A stretch of 64,000 nt of DNA from an uncultured Lutibacter sp. (GCA_964342295.1 CAYFFC010000001.1:72453-136452), one strand, 5' to 3'. Counted from the first letter of the stretch, positions 1 to 10,236 are shown. The notes: generated by a model from the sequence alone, not told the origin. Numbers and translations are program-made.

Positions 1-2
1 GT

Positions 3-1241
3 CGTGAACCTGCTTGCGTTACTATTTGCCCGGAACATGCCATTATTGCCGGAGATATGCATAATCCAAGCACTGAAATTTCTCAGTTACTGGCACGACA
101 GGCTGTGAAAGTTCGAAAACCGGAAAAAGGAACAAACCCAAATTTATTCTACATTGATGCCGATGAAGCCTCATTGAATCCAGAAGCTACAGACAAATCC
201 GGTCCAAGTTTATGGAATTCTCAAGCTCGAGGTGTAGGTCATTATGCAAAAGCAGCTGAAAAAATGCTACACACTAATGATGATGTTGATTTGCTTCAGT
301 TGACCATAGATAACGAATTGCAAGCAGCTTATCAGAAAAAAGAAACTGAAAATCCAAACTATATTGATGTGCTAACCGGTAAAGCCCGCAGGGTGTATGA
401 TACACCTGATAAAGGAATTTTATGGGGCTGGGAAGTTTCTGCCTATGTATTTACAAAGGCTATAGCTGCTGGGGCTTTCTTAATTACATTTTTAGCCATT
501 GTTTTAGGGTATGAAGTATCTAATATGGCAAAGTTATGGGCTGCAGGTATCTCATTGTCATTTTTGGCATTAACGGGATTATTTTTAGTAATGGATTTAG
601 ACAGGCCGGACAGATTTTTAAATGTATTACTGCGTCCTCAATGGAATTCATGGTTGGTTAAAGGGGGTTATACCATTTCAATATTTGGTTTATTGGTAAC
701 TGTTTGGGGAGCAAATACCATATTTAACCTAAACATTCCTGAAATGCCGTTACTGTGGTTTACCGCTATTTTTGCAGTATTGCTGGCAATTTATACTGCA
801 TTTTTATTTGCACAAGCCAAAGGGCGCGATTTTTGGCAAAGCCCGTCACTACCAATGCATATGTTAGTACATAGCGTTATGGCAGGAGCGGCGATATTTA
901 TAGTTGTATCACCTTTTTTTGGAACCGAAAATTGGATTACACTAATTTCAAATACCATTATTACTGCAATAATAATTAATGTGGTTACACTACTGACTGA
1001 ACTGTCAATTACACACCCAACAACTGCTGCTAAAAAGGTGGTTAACATGATTGTAAAAGGAAAATATGCAACCTTATTTTGGTTTGGAACTGTTTTAATA
1101 GGAAATGTGCTTCCACTGATATTGTTATTTACAATTAACTCAGGTTGGATAGCAGTTGTTTCAGGAGTATTTGTTTTGTTAGGAATTATAACCACCGAAA
1201 AAATATGGGTAGAAGCGCCACAGCGCGTACCGCTTGCATAA
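3..1241 (+). CDS. Fused 4Fe-4S subunit (PsrB/NrfC-like) + NrfD/PsrC membrane anchor of a molybdoenzyme complex; 5' end lies outside the window
   Basis: The frame is open from base 3 (REPACVTICPEHAIIAGD-MHNP), giving the PACVxxCP last-cluster motif, then EKGTNPNLFYI (NrfC C-terminus), then WGWEVSAYVF, DLDRPDRF and about 8 hydrophobic helices (NrfD). Confidence 0.85.
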   Translation, partial: REPACVTICPEHAIIAGDMHNPSTEISQLLARQAVKVRKPEKGTNPNLFYIDADEASLNPEATDKSGPSLWNSQARGVGHYAKAAEKMLHTNDDVDLLQLTIDNELQAAYQKKETENPNYIDVLTGKARRVYDTPDKGILWGWEVSAYVFTKAIAAGAFLITFLAIVLGYEVSNMAKLWAAGISLSFLALTGLFLVMDLDRPDRFLNVLLRPQWNSWLVKGGYTISIFGLLVTVWGANTIFNLNIPEMPLLWFTAIFAVLLAIYTAFLFAQAKGRDFWQSPSLPMHMLVHSVMAGAAIFIVVSPFFGTENWITLISNTIITAIIINVVTLLTELSITHPTTAAKKVVNMIVKGKYATLFWFGTVLIGNVLPLILLFTINSGWIAVVSGVFVLLGIITTEKIWVEAPQRVPLA

Positions 1242-1325
1242 GTAGTTGTTAAAAAAATAAAGGATAACGTTGAAAAACTATAGAACTAGCATTTCGCAAT
1301 TCAACAATTATTAAATTAAATCATC

Positions 1326-4205
1326 ATGGGATATAAAAAACCATCATTTATAGAAAATTTAGCTGAAAAAATTGGCCTTATACCAAATTTGCATAAAGAA
1401 GGGTATCAAAAATTTGATAAAGATATGCGTCATTTTTCTGATGAAGAAGTCGCTAAAATGTATGAAAATTTCCCTCCACCTGAAAAATGGGATAATTGGG
1501 TTGAATACAATCCGAAGGTTTGGCCAAAAAAAGAGAAAAAAACCTATCAAATTGTTCCAACAACGTGCTTTAATTGTGAAAGTGCCTGTGGTTTAACAGC
1601 ATTTATTGATAAAGAAACTCAGGAAGTTAAAAAGTTTGAAGGGAATCCGTATCACCCTGGTAGTAGGGGAAGAAATTGTGCAAAAGGCCCTGCAACAATC
1701 AATCAAATTACAGACCCTGATCGTATTTTATTTCCTTTAAAAAGAAAGGGTAAACGCGGAGAAGGTGAATGGGAACGTGTTACTTGGGATGAGGCTTTAG
1801 ACACTATTGCAGCACGAATTAGAAAGGCTATTAAAGAAGACAGGCACAATGAAATTGCGTATCATGTTGGCCGTCCGGGACACGAAGGTTTTATGAATTG
1901 GGTTTTGCCTGCTTGGGGAATTGATGGCCATAATTCGCATACAAATATTTGCTCATCAGGTGCCCGTTTTGGGTATAATTTATGGTATGGCTACGACCGC
2001 CCTTCACCAGATCATTCTGAGGCTAAATTTATATTATTGGTTTCAGCTCATCTTGAATCGGGACATTATTTTAATCCCCATGCGCAGCGAATTATTGAAG
2101 GTAAAATGAAAGGAGCCAAATTGGCAACTATGGACCCGCGCTTATCTAACACAGCTTCTATGTCCGATTATTGGTTACCAACTTACCCCGGTACTGAAGC
2201 TGCAGTATTGCTAGCAATGGCGCTCATCATTCTAAAAGAGGGCTTATACAATAAAAAGTACTTAAAAAATTGGACAAACTGGCAACAATATTTAAAAGCT
2301 AAACATAGTGATAAAAAGGTAACATTCAGTAATTACATAGCAGCTATGATTGAGGAGTATAAGGGATTTACACCTGAATTTGCTGAAAAAGAATCTGGCG
2401 TAAAAGCCGCTACTATTATTGAAATTGCCCGAAAAATAGGAGAAGCCGGTGAACGTTTTGCTTCGCACAATTGGCGGGCTGCAGGAGCTTCCAATCTTGG
2501 TGGATGGGCAGTTGCACGTTGTTTACATTTTTTAACGGTTTTAACAGGAGCTGTAGGTGCCAAAGGAGGCACTTCGCCTAATTCTTGGAATAAATTTAAA
2601 CCTCAAGTTCCAAATCCACCAAAACCTCAAAAGAAGTGGAACGAATTGCATTTTCCTAATGAATATCCGTTGGCATTTTTTGAAATGAGTCAGTTATTGC
2701 CTCACATGCTCAAGGAAGGCCGTGGAAAAATGGATGTGTATTTTTCAAGGGTATTTAACCCGGTATGGACCTACCCTGATGGATTTACTTGGATGGAAAT
2801 GTTTAGCGATGAAACAAAATTTGGATTACATACTGCTTTAACTCCTACATGGAACGAAACAGCTTTTTATGCCGATTTTGTACTGCCAATGGGATTGGCA
2901 TCTGAGCGTCATGATTTAAATAGTTATGCAACGCACAGTGGTACCTGGGTGGCATTTCGCCAACCTGTTTTGCGAGAAGCGGCACGCAGAAATGGAAAAC
3001 CGGTAAATTTAACTTATGAAGCCAATCCGGGTGAAGTTTGGGAAGAAGATGAATTTTGGATTGAACTCAGTTGGAGAATTGACCCTGATGGAAGTATGGG
3101 CATCCGTAAACATTTTGAATCGCCTTACAGACCAGGAGAGAAAATTACCATTGATGAATATTATCAATATATTTTTGAAAGAGTTAAAGGACTTCCTGAA
3201 GCTGCTAAAAAAGAAGGATTGACCGAGTTACAGTACATGCAAAAATATGGGGCTTTTGAAGTAGAAAAGCATGGGTACAAGAAAAATGAAACTAAACTAA
3301 CAAAAGAACAACTAGAAGGTTCTGAGGTTGACGACGAAACAGATGTTATTTACAAAAACGGTAAAGCTATTGGGGTAATGATTGAAGGAAAGGCTTGCAT
3401 TGGTTTTCCTACACCATCCAGAAAAAACGAGTTTTATTCACAAACCATGGTTGATTGGAAATGGCCTGAATATGCAATTCCAACTTATATAAAAAGTCAT
3501 ATTCATCAAGAAAAACTTGATAAATCAAAAGGAGAATATGTATTGGTTCCAACATTCAGGTTACCTACCTTAATTCATTCACGGTCAGGAAATGCTAAAT
3601 GGTTGGTTGAAATTTCAAATAGAAACCCTATTTGGATGCACCCTGATGATGCGGCAAAATGGGGATTTAAAACTGGTGATTTGGTTAAAATGAATACCGA
3701 TATAGGTTATTTTATAGATAAAGTTTGGGTTACACAAAGTATGAAACCCGGAGTTGTAGCCTGTTCACACCATATTGGTCGTTGGCGCAGACCACAGGAT
3801 AAAATTGGAAACAGATGGGCTACCAATACAGTTAATATTGAAAGTAATGGAAAAGGTGGTTGGAAAATGAATACCGTAGCCGGAATTAAGCCTTTTGAAT
3901 CGGGCGATAAAGATTCAAAACGTATTTTTTGGAAAGATGGTGGTGTACATCAAAATATTACCCATGCCGTACATCCTGACCCAATTAGCGGAATGCACTG
4001 CTGGCATCAGCGTGTGAGAATTGAAAAGCCAAATGAAAATGAAAAATACGGTGATATTTTTGTCGACACCAATAAGTCTCATGAGGTTTATAAAGAGTGG
4101 CTTGCTATGGCTCGTCCCGCTCCGGGGCCTAATGGCGAACGCAGACCGCTTTGGTTTAAGCGTGCGTTTAAACCGGATGTATCTACGTATTATTTTGACA
4201 AATAA
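1326..4205 (+). CDS. Molybdopterin oxidoreductase catalytic subunit (DMSO reductase superfamily; Psr/Arr/Ttr/Soe-type), no Tat signal
   Basis: CFNCESAC...RNCAKG Fe-S motif, RVTWDEAL, DPR, HNSHTNICS putative Mo-ligand loop, C-terminal molybdopterin-binding domain (IWMHPDDA); 959 aa. Confidence 0.9.
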   Translation: MGYKKPSFIENLAEKIGLIPNLHKEGYQKFDKDMRHFSDEEVAKMYENFPPPEKWDNWVEYNPKVWPKKEKKTYQIVPTTCFNCESACGLTAFIDKETQEVKKFEGNPYHPGSRGRNCAKGPATINQITDPDRILFPLKRKGKRGEGEWERVTWDEALDTIAARIRKAIKEDRHNEIAYHVGRPGHEGFMNWVLPAWGIDGHNSHTNICSSGARFGYNLWYGYDRPSPDHSEAKFILLVSAHLESGHYFNPHAQRIIEGKMKGAKLATMDPRLSNTASMSDYWLPTYPGTEAAVLLAMALIILKEGLYNKKYLKNWTNWQQYLKAKHSDKKVTFSNYIAAMIEEYKGFTPEFAEKESGVKAATIIEIARKIGEAGERFASHNWRAAGASNLGGWAVARCLHFLTVLTGAVGAKGGTSPNSWNKFKPQVPNPPKPQKKWNELHFPNEYPLAFFEMSQLLPHMLKEGRGKMDVYFSRVFNPVWTYPDGFTWMEMFSDETKFGLHTALTPTWNETAFYADFVLPMGLASERHDLNSYATHSGTWVAFRQPVLREAARRNGKPVNLTYEANPGEVWEEDEFWIELSWRIDPDGSMGIRKHFESPYRPGEKITIDEYYQYIFERVKGLPEAAKKEGLTELQYMQKYGAFEVEKHGYKKNETKLTKEQLEGSEVDDETDVIYKNGKAIGVMIEGKACIGFPTPSRKNEFYSQTMVDWKWPEYAIPTYIKSHIHQEKLDKSKGEYVLVPTFRLPTLIHSRSGNAKWLVEISNRNPIWMHPDDAAKWGFKTGDLVKMNTDIGYFIDKVWVTQSMKPGVVACSHHIGRWRRPQDKIGNRWATNTVNIESNGKGGWKMNTVAGIKPFESGDKDSKRIFWKDGGVHQNITHAVHPDPISGMHCWHQRVRIEKPNENEKYGDIFVDTNKSHEVYKEWLAMARPAPGPNGERRPLWFKRAFKPDVSTYYFDK

Positions 4206-4435
4206 GAAGGATTTGAATTTTGATATGGATTTAATTTGAATAAAATCCAGGGGATAAATAATATTTTCTGAACTTAACTTACTATTTTAATTGTGATGAG
4301 TTGATTTTTTAAACAAAAAACCATTTTTCATCCATAAAATATACTATTATTTTAAGAAAAGCTTGTATAAGAACTAATGCCTTTAAGAAAACTAATAGCA
4401 AATTGAAAATGCAATTTATGTGAGTATCAAATTGT

Positions 4436-4963
4436 TTAGAGTCTTCCTAAAACTTCTCCAAATTCTTTTACTTTCTGCCAATTTGTGTATTCAATTTTAG
4501 CGTTTGAATTAGTAGGTCCCTTGGTCATCCACATTATAAATTGTATCATAATCCTATCAAAAAAAGGATATTTTTTATAATCTAGTTTCCCTGCAAAAAC
4601 TTCAACAACATTCGGTTTCCAATCAATATTTTTGAAAAATTTTATTACATATGGATTTGTTGTTGGGGTGTTTTTTTCGGGTTTTCTTGCCACTAAATTA
4701 ACCGAAAAAAAAGCAGTTTTTACCTTATTTAATTCATCTTTATTTTTTTCTATATATGCTATTAATTTTTCTTGGTGCAAACCGTACCTTACACTAGAGG
4801 CTAAAATAATTTTATCAAATTTTGATATATTACCACTAAATTTTTCAACAGCAAATAATTCAACTTTATGGTTACTGCTAGTTAGCACTTCTTTTATTTC
4901 GTTACAAATTTTAAGTGTTTGCCCATCAACAGTTGCATATAAAATTCCAATTGTATCACCCAT
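4436..4963 (-). CDS. hemG: Menaquinone-dependent protoporphyrinogen IX oxidase (flavodoxin fold)
   Basis: ILYATVDGQTLKI, ASSVRYG, FFSVNLVARKPEK, FAGKLDY, YTNW motifs. Confidence 0.9.
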   Translation of the reverse strand: MGDTIGILYATVDGQTLKICNEIKEVLTSSNHKVELFAVEKFSGNISKFDKIILASSVRYGLHQEKLIAYIEKNKDELNKVKTAFFSVNLVARKPEKNTPTTNPYVIKFFKNIDWKPNVVEVFAGKLDYKKYPFFDRIMIQFIMWMTKGPTNSNAKIEYTNWQKVKEFGEVLGRL

Positions 4964-5020
4964 TTCAATTATTTTAAATTAAAAATTATATGTTTTAAAT
5001 TTCAGAATGAATATTTTAAT

Positions 5021-5064
5021 CAAATTTAGGAAAGACCAGGAGTAATCTTTATGATAAATATCAA
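5021..5064 (-). promoter_or_regulatory. hemG promoter: TAAATTTG -7 element (5021-5028) plus FNR/CRP-like box ATGAT-AAAT-ATCAA (5051-5064)
   Basis: Matches the Bacteroidetes TAnnTTTG motif; the box differs by 1 base from TTGAT-N4-ATCAA and is centred 36.5 bp from the -7 G. Confidence 0.55.
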
Positions 5065-5298
5065 GGCTAAACTTAATGATGTCCATTTAATTATGAAAAC
5101 CAAAACTCAACTTGCTTAATAATTTTAATTATTATTGATTGATTGTTTTTAACATCGTATAAAAAGAATTAACTCATTTAAAACTTAATGAGATAAACAT
5201 ATTTTTTTAAACCGAATGTTTTTAAACGGTAATTCTATGGATAGTTAAAAATAAGGAAAGAGTTTGAAAAAACTGCGCGAAAACTATTGTCCGTTTTT

Positions 5299-6354
5299 TT
5301 ATGCACTAGGTCGACGTAAAGCAAATAGTAAAAAAAGTAAGCTCATAAAGTATAACAAACCAACTAATTGGTGCCCCACTCCAAGAACTAACGGAATTTT
5401 CCCCGCTACATTTAAAACAGTTAACACTCCCAAAGCTAACTGAAAAATTACCAGCCAAAGTGCACCATTCAACCATTTTTTTGATAAATCTGAAATATCT
5501 TTTCTTATTCTAAAAAACATATAAATAGTTAAAAGGACTAATATATATGCTAACATTCTATGGATAAATTGTACCAATGCCGGGGCAAATAAGTAGCTAT
5601 CGTAATTAATTAAATTTTCCCATCTGTAATTTTCTGAAATTAATAACACCGTCGGAATCATTTCCCCATTCATATCGGGCCAAGACGGATAATATAAACC
5701 GGCTCTCATACCAGCCATTAATCCGGCAAAAATCATTTGAAGAAACGTTATCCCAATTACAAGTTTTACAATTATTCGACTTTTTATTTTTGTATTACTT
5801 TGATACAAATACACATCTGCAATGGTTTTAACCATAGCCGCCACAACCAATAGTGCCAAAATAAAATGAATAGTAAGCTTGTATGCATTTACCCATGGCC
5901 TGTTTACCAAACCACTTTTTACCATAATCCACCCTGCCGATGCCGTTAAAATTGTTAAAAAAATCACCACTGCAAGTCGTTTTACTATGTAAAAATCGAT
6001 TTTCTTTTTAAGGACAAAAATTATAAACGGAATTAAAAAAATAATACCTAAAGAACGTACCCATAACCTATGAAAGTACTCCCAAAAGTATATGAATTTA
6101 AAATCAGAAAGTGTGAAGCTCGAATTTATTTTATGATATTGAGGGGTTTGTTTATACAGTTCAAAAGCTTCCTGCCACTGATTTACATTTAAGGGTGGTA
6201 TAACCCCGGTAATTATATCCCAACGTGTAATTGACAATCCAGAACCCGTTAATCTGGTTATGCCTCCAAGTATTACCTGCCCCACCAACATAATTAACCC
6301 AATCAACAACCAAATTCTAATAGTTTTTGTGTATTTATATTTGTTATTTTTCAT
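5299..6354 (-). CDS. ctaA: Heme A synthase (COX15/CtaA)
   Basis: GGITRLTGSGLSIT, WEYFHR, HFILA, QFIHR and HQ motifs; 8 TM helices. Confidence 0.92.
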   Translation of the reverse strand: MKNNKYKYTKTIRIWLLIGLIMLVGQVILGGITRLTGSGLSITRWDIITGVIPPLNVNQWQEAFELYKQTPQYHKINSSFTLSDFKFIYFWEYFHRLWVRSLGIIFLIPFIIFVLKKKIDFYIVKRLAVVIFLTILTASAGWIMVKSGLVNRPWVNAYKLTIHFILALLVVAAMVKTIADVYLYQSNTKIKSRIIVKLVIGITFLQMIFAGLMAGMRAGLYYPSWPDMNGEMIPTVLLISENYRWENLINYDSYLFAPALVQFIHRMLAYILVLLTIYMFFRIRKDISDLSKKWLNGALWLVIFQLALGVLTVLNVAGKIPLVLGVGHQLVGLLYFMSLLFLLFALRRPSA

Positions 6355-6909
6355 TTAATTCTTCCATTCAAAAGTTTCAACCAAATGTACAATATCCCTT
6401 TCAATATAGTGTATTGCCGGCACTATGGAATCGTAATTTGGTTTTACATTAAAATACAAAGCTCCTGCTAATACGTGATTTAAACTGTCAGTTATTCTAA
6501 ACTGAACATTGGATGCCACATTCCCCTCAATATTAAAGAGTTTGGCGTACACTTTTTTTTCAGAATTTTCAAAAGGAACTGCATTAATAACATCGGCTTT
6601 TACAGTATGCTCAAATGTAAGTTTTTCCACCTCTTTTAAAATCTCGTTTAAGTTGTTATTTACAAGCCTATACGTAATATGAACCCTAGCATTTAATTTT
6701 GGGTAATCTATACTTGCCCAGCAATTGTTTTTTTTATTGAAATGAGCCAAGTCTGAAATTTCAAAATTATATGGGCAATTAGTTTCAATTTGTGTGTAAG
6801 AAGGGTTTGCGTAACTTAATTTTAAATAAGGCTTTGGTTTGGGCAATGTATCTCCCCCGCAAGCATATACCACGATACCTAAAACTATTAATAAAACTAT
6901 ATTTTTCAT
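6355..6909 (-). CDS. gldD: Gliding motility lipoprotein GldD
   Basis: Lipobox VYAC, PKPKPYLKL, GNVASNVQF, GALYF; directly downstream of gldE. Confidence 0.9.
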   Translation of the reverse strand: MKNIVLLIVLGIVVYACGGDTLPKPKPYLKLSYANPSYTQIETNCPYNFEISDLAHFNKKNNCWASIDYPKLNARVHITYRLVNNNLNEILKEVEKLTFEHTVKADVINAVPFENSEKKVYAKLFNIEGNVASNVQFRITDSLNHVLAGALYFNVKPNYDSIVPAIHYIERDIVHLVETFEWKN

Positions 6910-6912
6910 TAA

Positions 6913-8229
6913 CTATTTTTTATCCTTTTTTATAGTTACCTTAATTTGTTTGATACGTTTTTTATCGACAGACTCAATTTTAAAAACGTAATTCTTAAAC
7001 TTAATTTTGTCATTCTTTTTAGGAAATTCCCCATAAATTTCAAGAATAAAGCCGGCTATAGTTTCTGATTCACCTTTTTTTTCTTCAAAATGGGTATTAT
7101 TTTCAATATCTAAAATTTTATAAAAATCTTTTAAATTGGTTTTCCCTTCAAACAAAAAATTATCAACATCGAGTTTAGAATAGGTAATTTCATCATCATC
7201 AAACTCATCGCTAATATCACCAACAATTTCTTCAATTACATCCTCTAAAGTAACAATACCGCTCGTACCACCATATTCATCAACAACAATTGCCAAATGG
7301 TTTTTCTTTTCCTGAAATTCTTTAAGTAAAACGTCTAATTTTTTATTTTCCGGAACAAAATAAGGTTCCCTAATAAGTTTTTGCCATTCAAATTCTTTTT
7401 TATTTAAATGAATTAATAAATCTTTAGCGTATAAAACTCCCACTATATTATCAATGTTTTCATCATAAACCGGAATTCTGGAATATCCTTTCTCTACAAT
7501 TTGAGATACTACATTTTGGCAGGTTTCGTTTTTTGACAGTGCAAAAATATCAATACGTGGTGTCATAATTTGACTGGTTTCTGTATTGCTAAAACTTACA
7601 ATGCCCTCTAGTATTTTTTGTTCGTCTTTTGTGGTTGTCTCATTAGATGTAATTTCCAATGCCTGAGATAATTTTTCTACCGAAATATTTGATTTTTTCT
7701 TACCTAATTTGCTTTCAATTACAGTAAAACTCATTAATGGAACACTTATTACCGTAAGAAGGCTACTTATAATTTTTAAAGGAAAAGCCATAAAAGCAGC
7801 AAACTTTAAAGCATTTCTTGATGCATAGAGTTTTGGTAACACCTCCCCAAACAAGAAAATTAGAAACGTAACGAGTACTAATTCAATTAAAAATTTTAAA
7901 ATATTGGGTGTAATATTCTTAAAAATTACTTCGCCAATAAAGGCAAACAGCAATACAATTAAAATATTTATAAAATTGTTTGAAATAAATATAGTTGCCA
8001 GTAATTTTTTAGGATTCTGAAGCAGTTTAACAACTATTTGTTGATGGTTTGATTGTGATTCTTCAGCTTTATTTAAATCAGTTTGCGATAAAGAGAAAAA
8101 AGCAACTTCTGCACCAGAAATAAGAGCAGATAGTATAAGTAATAAAAAAAGTGTTACTATTGCTGTAATTAGCCAAGAGCTAAAACTTTGAGTTAAAAAA
8201 ATTAATAATAACGTGGGTTCAGGATCCAA
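6913..8229 (-). CDS. gldE: Gliding motility-associated CNNM/CBS/CorC protein GldE
   Basis: MDPEP start, SGAEVAFFSL, GEVLPK, CBS pair (SRIPVY, VDEYGGTSG), CorC domain. Confidence 0.9.
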   Translation of the reverse strand: MDPEPTLLLIFLTQSFSSWLITAIVTLFLLLILSALISGAEVAFFSLSQTDLNKAEESQSNHQQIVVKLLQNPKKLLATIFISNNFINILIVLLFAFIGEVIFKNITPNILKFLIELVLVTFLIFLFGEVLPKLYASRNALKFAAFMAFPLKIISSLLTVISVPLMSFTVIESKLGKKKSNISVEKLSQALEITSNETTTKDEQKILEGIVSFSNTETSQIMTPRIDIFALSKNETCQNVVSQIVEKGYSRIPVYDENIDNIVGVLYAKDLLIHLNKKEFEWQKLIREPYFVPENKKLDVLLKEFQEKKNHLAIVVDEYGGTSGIVTLEDVIEEIVGDISDEFDDDEITYSKLDVDNFLFEGKTNLKDFYKILDIENNTHFEEKKGESETIAGFILEIYGEFPKKNDKIKFKNYVFKIESVDKKRIKQIKVTIKKDKK

Positions 8230-8250
8230 TTAAATATTATTACGTTAAAC

Positions 8251-8694
8251 TTAGAACGGTAAATCATCATCTTCAACTTCATTAATTGAAGTTTCTTGCT
8301 TAGTTTGCTGAACCGGCTTTACATCAGCACTTTTTTGTGCAGATGGATTTAATTCGCTTTTGGTAGTTAAAAAGGTCATGTCAACTACGTGAATTTCTGT
8401 TGTATATCTTTTTGTTCCATCTTCACCTTCCCATTGACGTGTTTTAATGCGTCCTTCACAATATACTTTATCACCTTTACTTAAATATTTTTCGCAAATT
8501 TCTGCCAGTTTATTTCTCACAACAATATTATGCCACTCTGTTGTGGTAACTTTCTCACCTGTTTGTTTGTTGGTATATGTTTCATTTGTGGCTAACGGAA
8601 AACGCCCTATTGAGTTTCCCCCTTCAAAATAATGCATTTTAACCTCATCGCCCAAATGCCCTATAAGTATTACTTTATTAATTGTTCCAGCCAT
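8251..8694 (-). CDS. ssb: Single-stranded DNA-binding protein
   Basis: NKVILIGHLG, TEWHNIV, EGRIKTRQW, acidic DDDLPF tail. Confidence 0.97.
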   Translation of the reverse strand: MAGTINKVILIGHLGDEVKMHYFEGGNSIGRFPLATNETYTNKQTGEKVTTTEWHNIVVRNKLAEICEKYLSKGDKVYCEGRIKTRQWEGEDGTKRYTTEIHVVDMTFLTTKSELNPSAQKSADVKPVQQTKQETSINEVEDDDLPF

Positions 8695-8732
8695 AATTCA
8701 AATTATTTATTAAATCAAAAGTACTAAAAATT

Positions 8733-9773
8733 TCAGTTGGTTTTAAACGCTTTTAAAAAATTGTGAATTAAAACCGGCACCGGATATTTTTCAACCTCGC
8801 TCCAATTAATTTTAAAGTTTTCTTCAGATGTTACTTCAGCTATCCAAAATTTTGCGTAAATATGTTGGTGTGACAATTTATGAGCTTTTATTATATTGTT
8901 GAACAGCGTAATTTCTACTCGTTTACCTGCAAACAAGTTTTTAAATTTTGAATGATTTATTAAATCTTTTTCATCTATTTCAAACTCGGTTTCAATTAGC
9001 GGAAATTCGTACAAGTTAATCCAAATTCCCGCATCGCGTTTTTGCAATATTGTTTGGTTGTTTTGTGATTTTACAACAATGTAATTAAAATATCTTCTTC
9101 TTAATTTTACTTTTTTTTCTTTAACCGGCAATTGAGCTACTTTTTTTGTTGACAATGCTACGCAGGAATCACATAGGGGGCATTTCAAACAAAGTGGATT
9201 TTGTGGTTTACACAACTGTGCACCAAATTCCATTACGGCTTGATTATGAATACCGGGTGATTTATTATTAATAAGCTTTTGAGCCAATTGCTTAAATTCT
9301 TTAACTCCTTTACTTGAATTGATAGGTGTATAAATTCCAAAATAACGTGCTAACACCCTGTAAACGTTTCCATCAACAACAGCTGCAGACTCGTTAAAAC
9401 AAATAGATGCAATTGCAGAAGCTGTGTAATCACCTACCCCTTTTAATTTTAATAATTGGTTGTGCGAATTTGGAAATTTACCCTTATACTCATCTACAAT
9501 AATTTTAGCCGAATACAATAAATTTCGTGCCCGGGAATAATATCCCAAGCCCTGCCATAATTTTAAAACGTTTTCTTCACTAGCTTTGGCCAAATGAAAA
9601 ACCGTTGGAAATGTTTCAATAAACCTGTGATAATAAGCTATTCCCTGATTGACTCTAGTTTGTTGCAAAATAATTTCGGACAACCAAATCTTATATGGAT
9701 TATTGGTTTTGCGCCAAGGCAAATCTCTTTTATTAGCTAAATACCACATTGTTAATTGGTTAGAAAAATTCAT
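8733..9773 (-). CDS. mutY: A/G-specific adenine glycosylase
   Basis: RDLPWR, WLSEIILQQT, LGYYSRARNL, HhH-GPD, CxPxNPxCxxCP; start taken at MNFSNQL. Confidence 0.95.
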   Translation of the reverse strand: MNFSNQLTMWYLANKRDLPWRKTNNPYKIWLSEIILQQTRVNQGIAYYHRFIETFPTVFHLAKASEENVLKLWQGLGYYSRARNLLYSAKIIVDEYKGKFPNSHNQLLKLKGVGDYTASAIASICFNESAAVVDGNVYRVLARYFGIYTPINSSKGVKEFKQLAQKLINNKSPGIHNQAVMEFGAQLCKPQNPLCLKCPLCDSCVALSTKKVAQLPVKEKKVKLRRRYFNYIVVKSQNNQTILQKRDAGIWINLYEFPLIETEFEIDEKDLINHSKFKNLFAGKRVEITLFNNIIKAHKLSHQHIYAKFWIAEVTSEENFKINWSEVEKYPVPVLIHNFLKAFKTN

Positions 9774-9857
9774 CCTATTCTTGATAAAATGCAATAATAC
9801 ATGTTTTAATTGATTAAATTTTAGTGAATTAACTTTTTGAATTTGATTAATATATCC

Positions 9858-9865
9858 TATATTTG
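9858..9865 (+). promoter_or_regulatory. Sigma70 -7 element for the HU gene
   Basis: TATATTTG, with TTTG at 9836-9839 as the candidate -33 element. Confidence 0.6.
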
Positions 9866-9904
9866 CCCTCTTAATTTTAGAATAACATATATAATATAAT
9901 TAAA

Positions 9905-10198
9905 ATGACGAAAGCAGAAATCGTATCGAATATTTCAGAAAAATCTGGGATAGAAAAAGCAGATGTTTTAGCAACTGTTGAAGCGTTTATGGAAGAAGTA
10001 AAAGATTCTTTAGAAAGAGGTGATAACGTTTACCTAAGAGGTTTTGGAAGTTTTATAATTAAAACCAGAGCTGAAAAAACAGGTAGAAACATTTCTAAAA
10101 ACACTACAATTAAAATACCTGCACACAACATTCCTGCGTTTAAACCTGCAAAGGTATTTGTTGAAGGTGTTAAGAACAAAGTAGCTGTTGAAGCGTAA
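9905..10198 (+). CDS. hup: HU family DNA-binding protein
   Basis: MTKAEIV, LRGFGSF, GRNISKNTTIKIPAHNIPAFKP. Confidence 0.95.
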   Translation: MTKAEIVSNISEKSGIEKADVLATVEAFMEEVKDSLERGDNVYLRGFGSFIIKTRAEKTGRNISKNTTIKIPAHNIPAFKPAKVFVEGVKNKVAVEA

Positions 10199-10236
10199 GC
10201 TAAAAACAAATTATTAATACAAAATAACATTTTATT

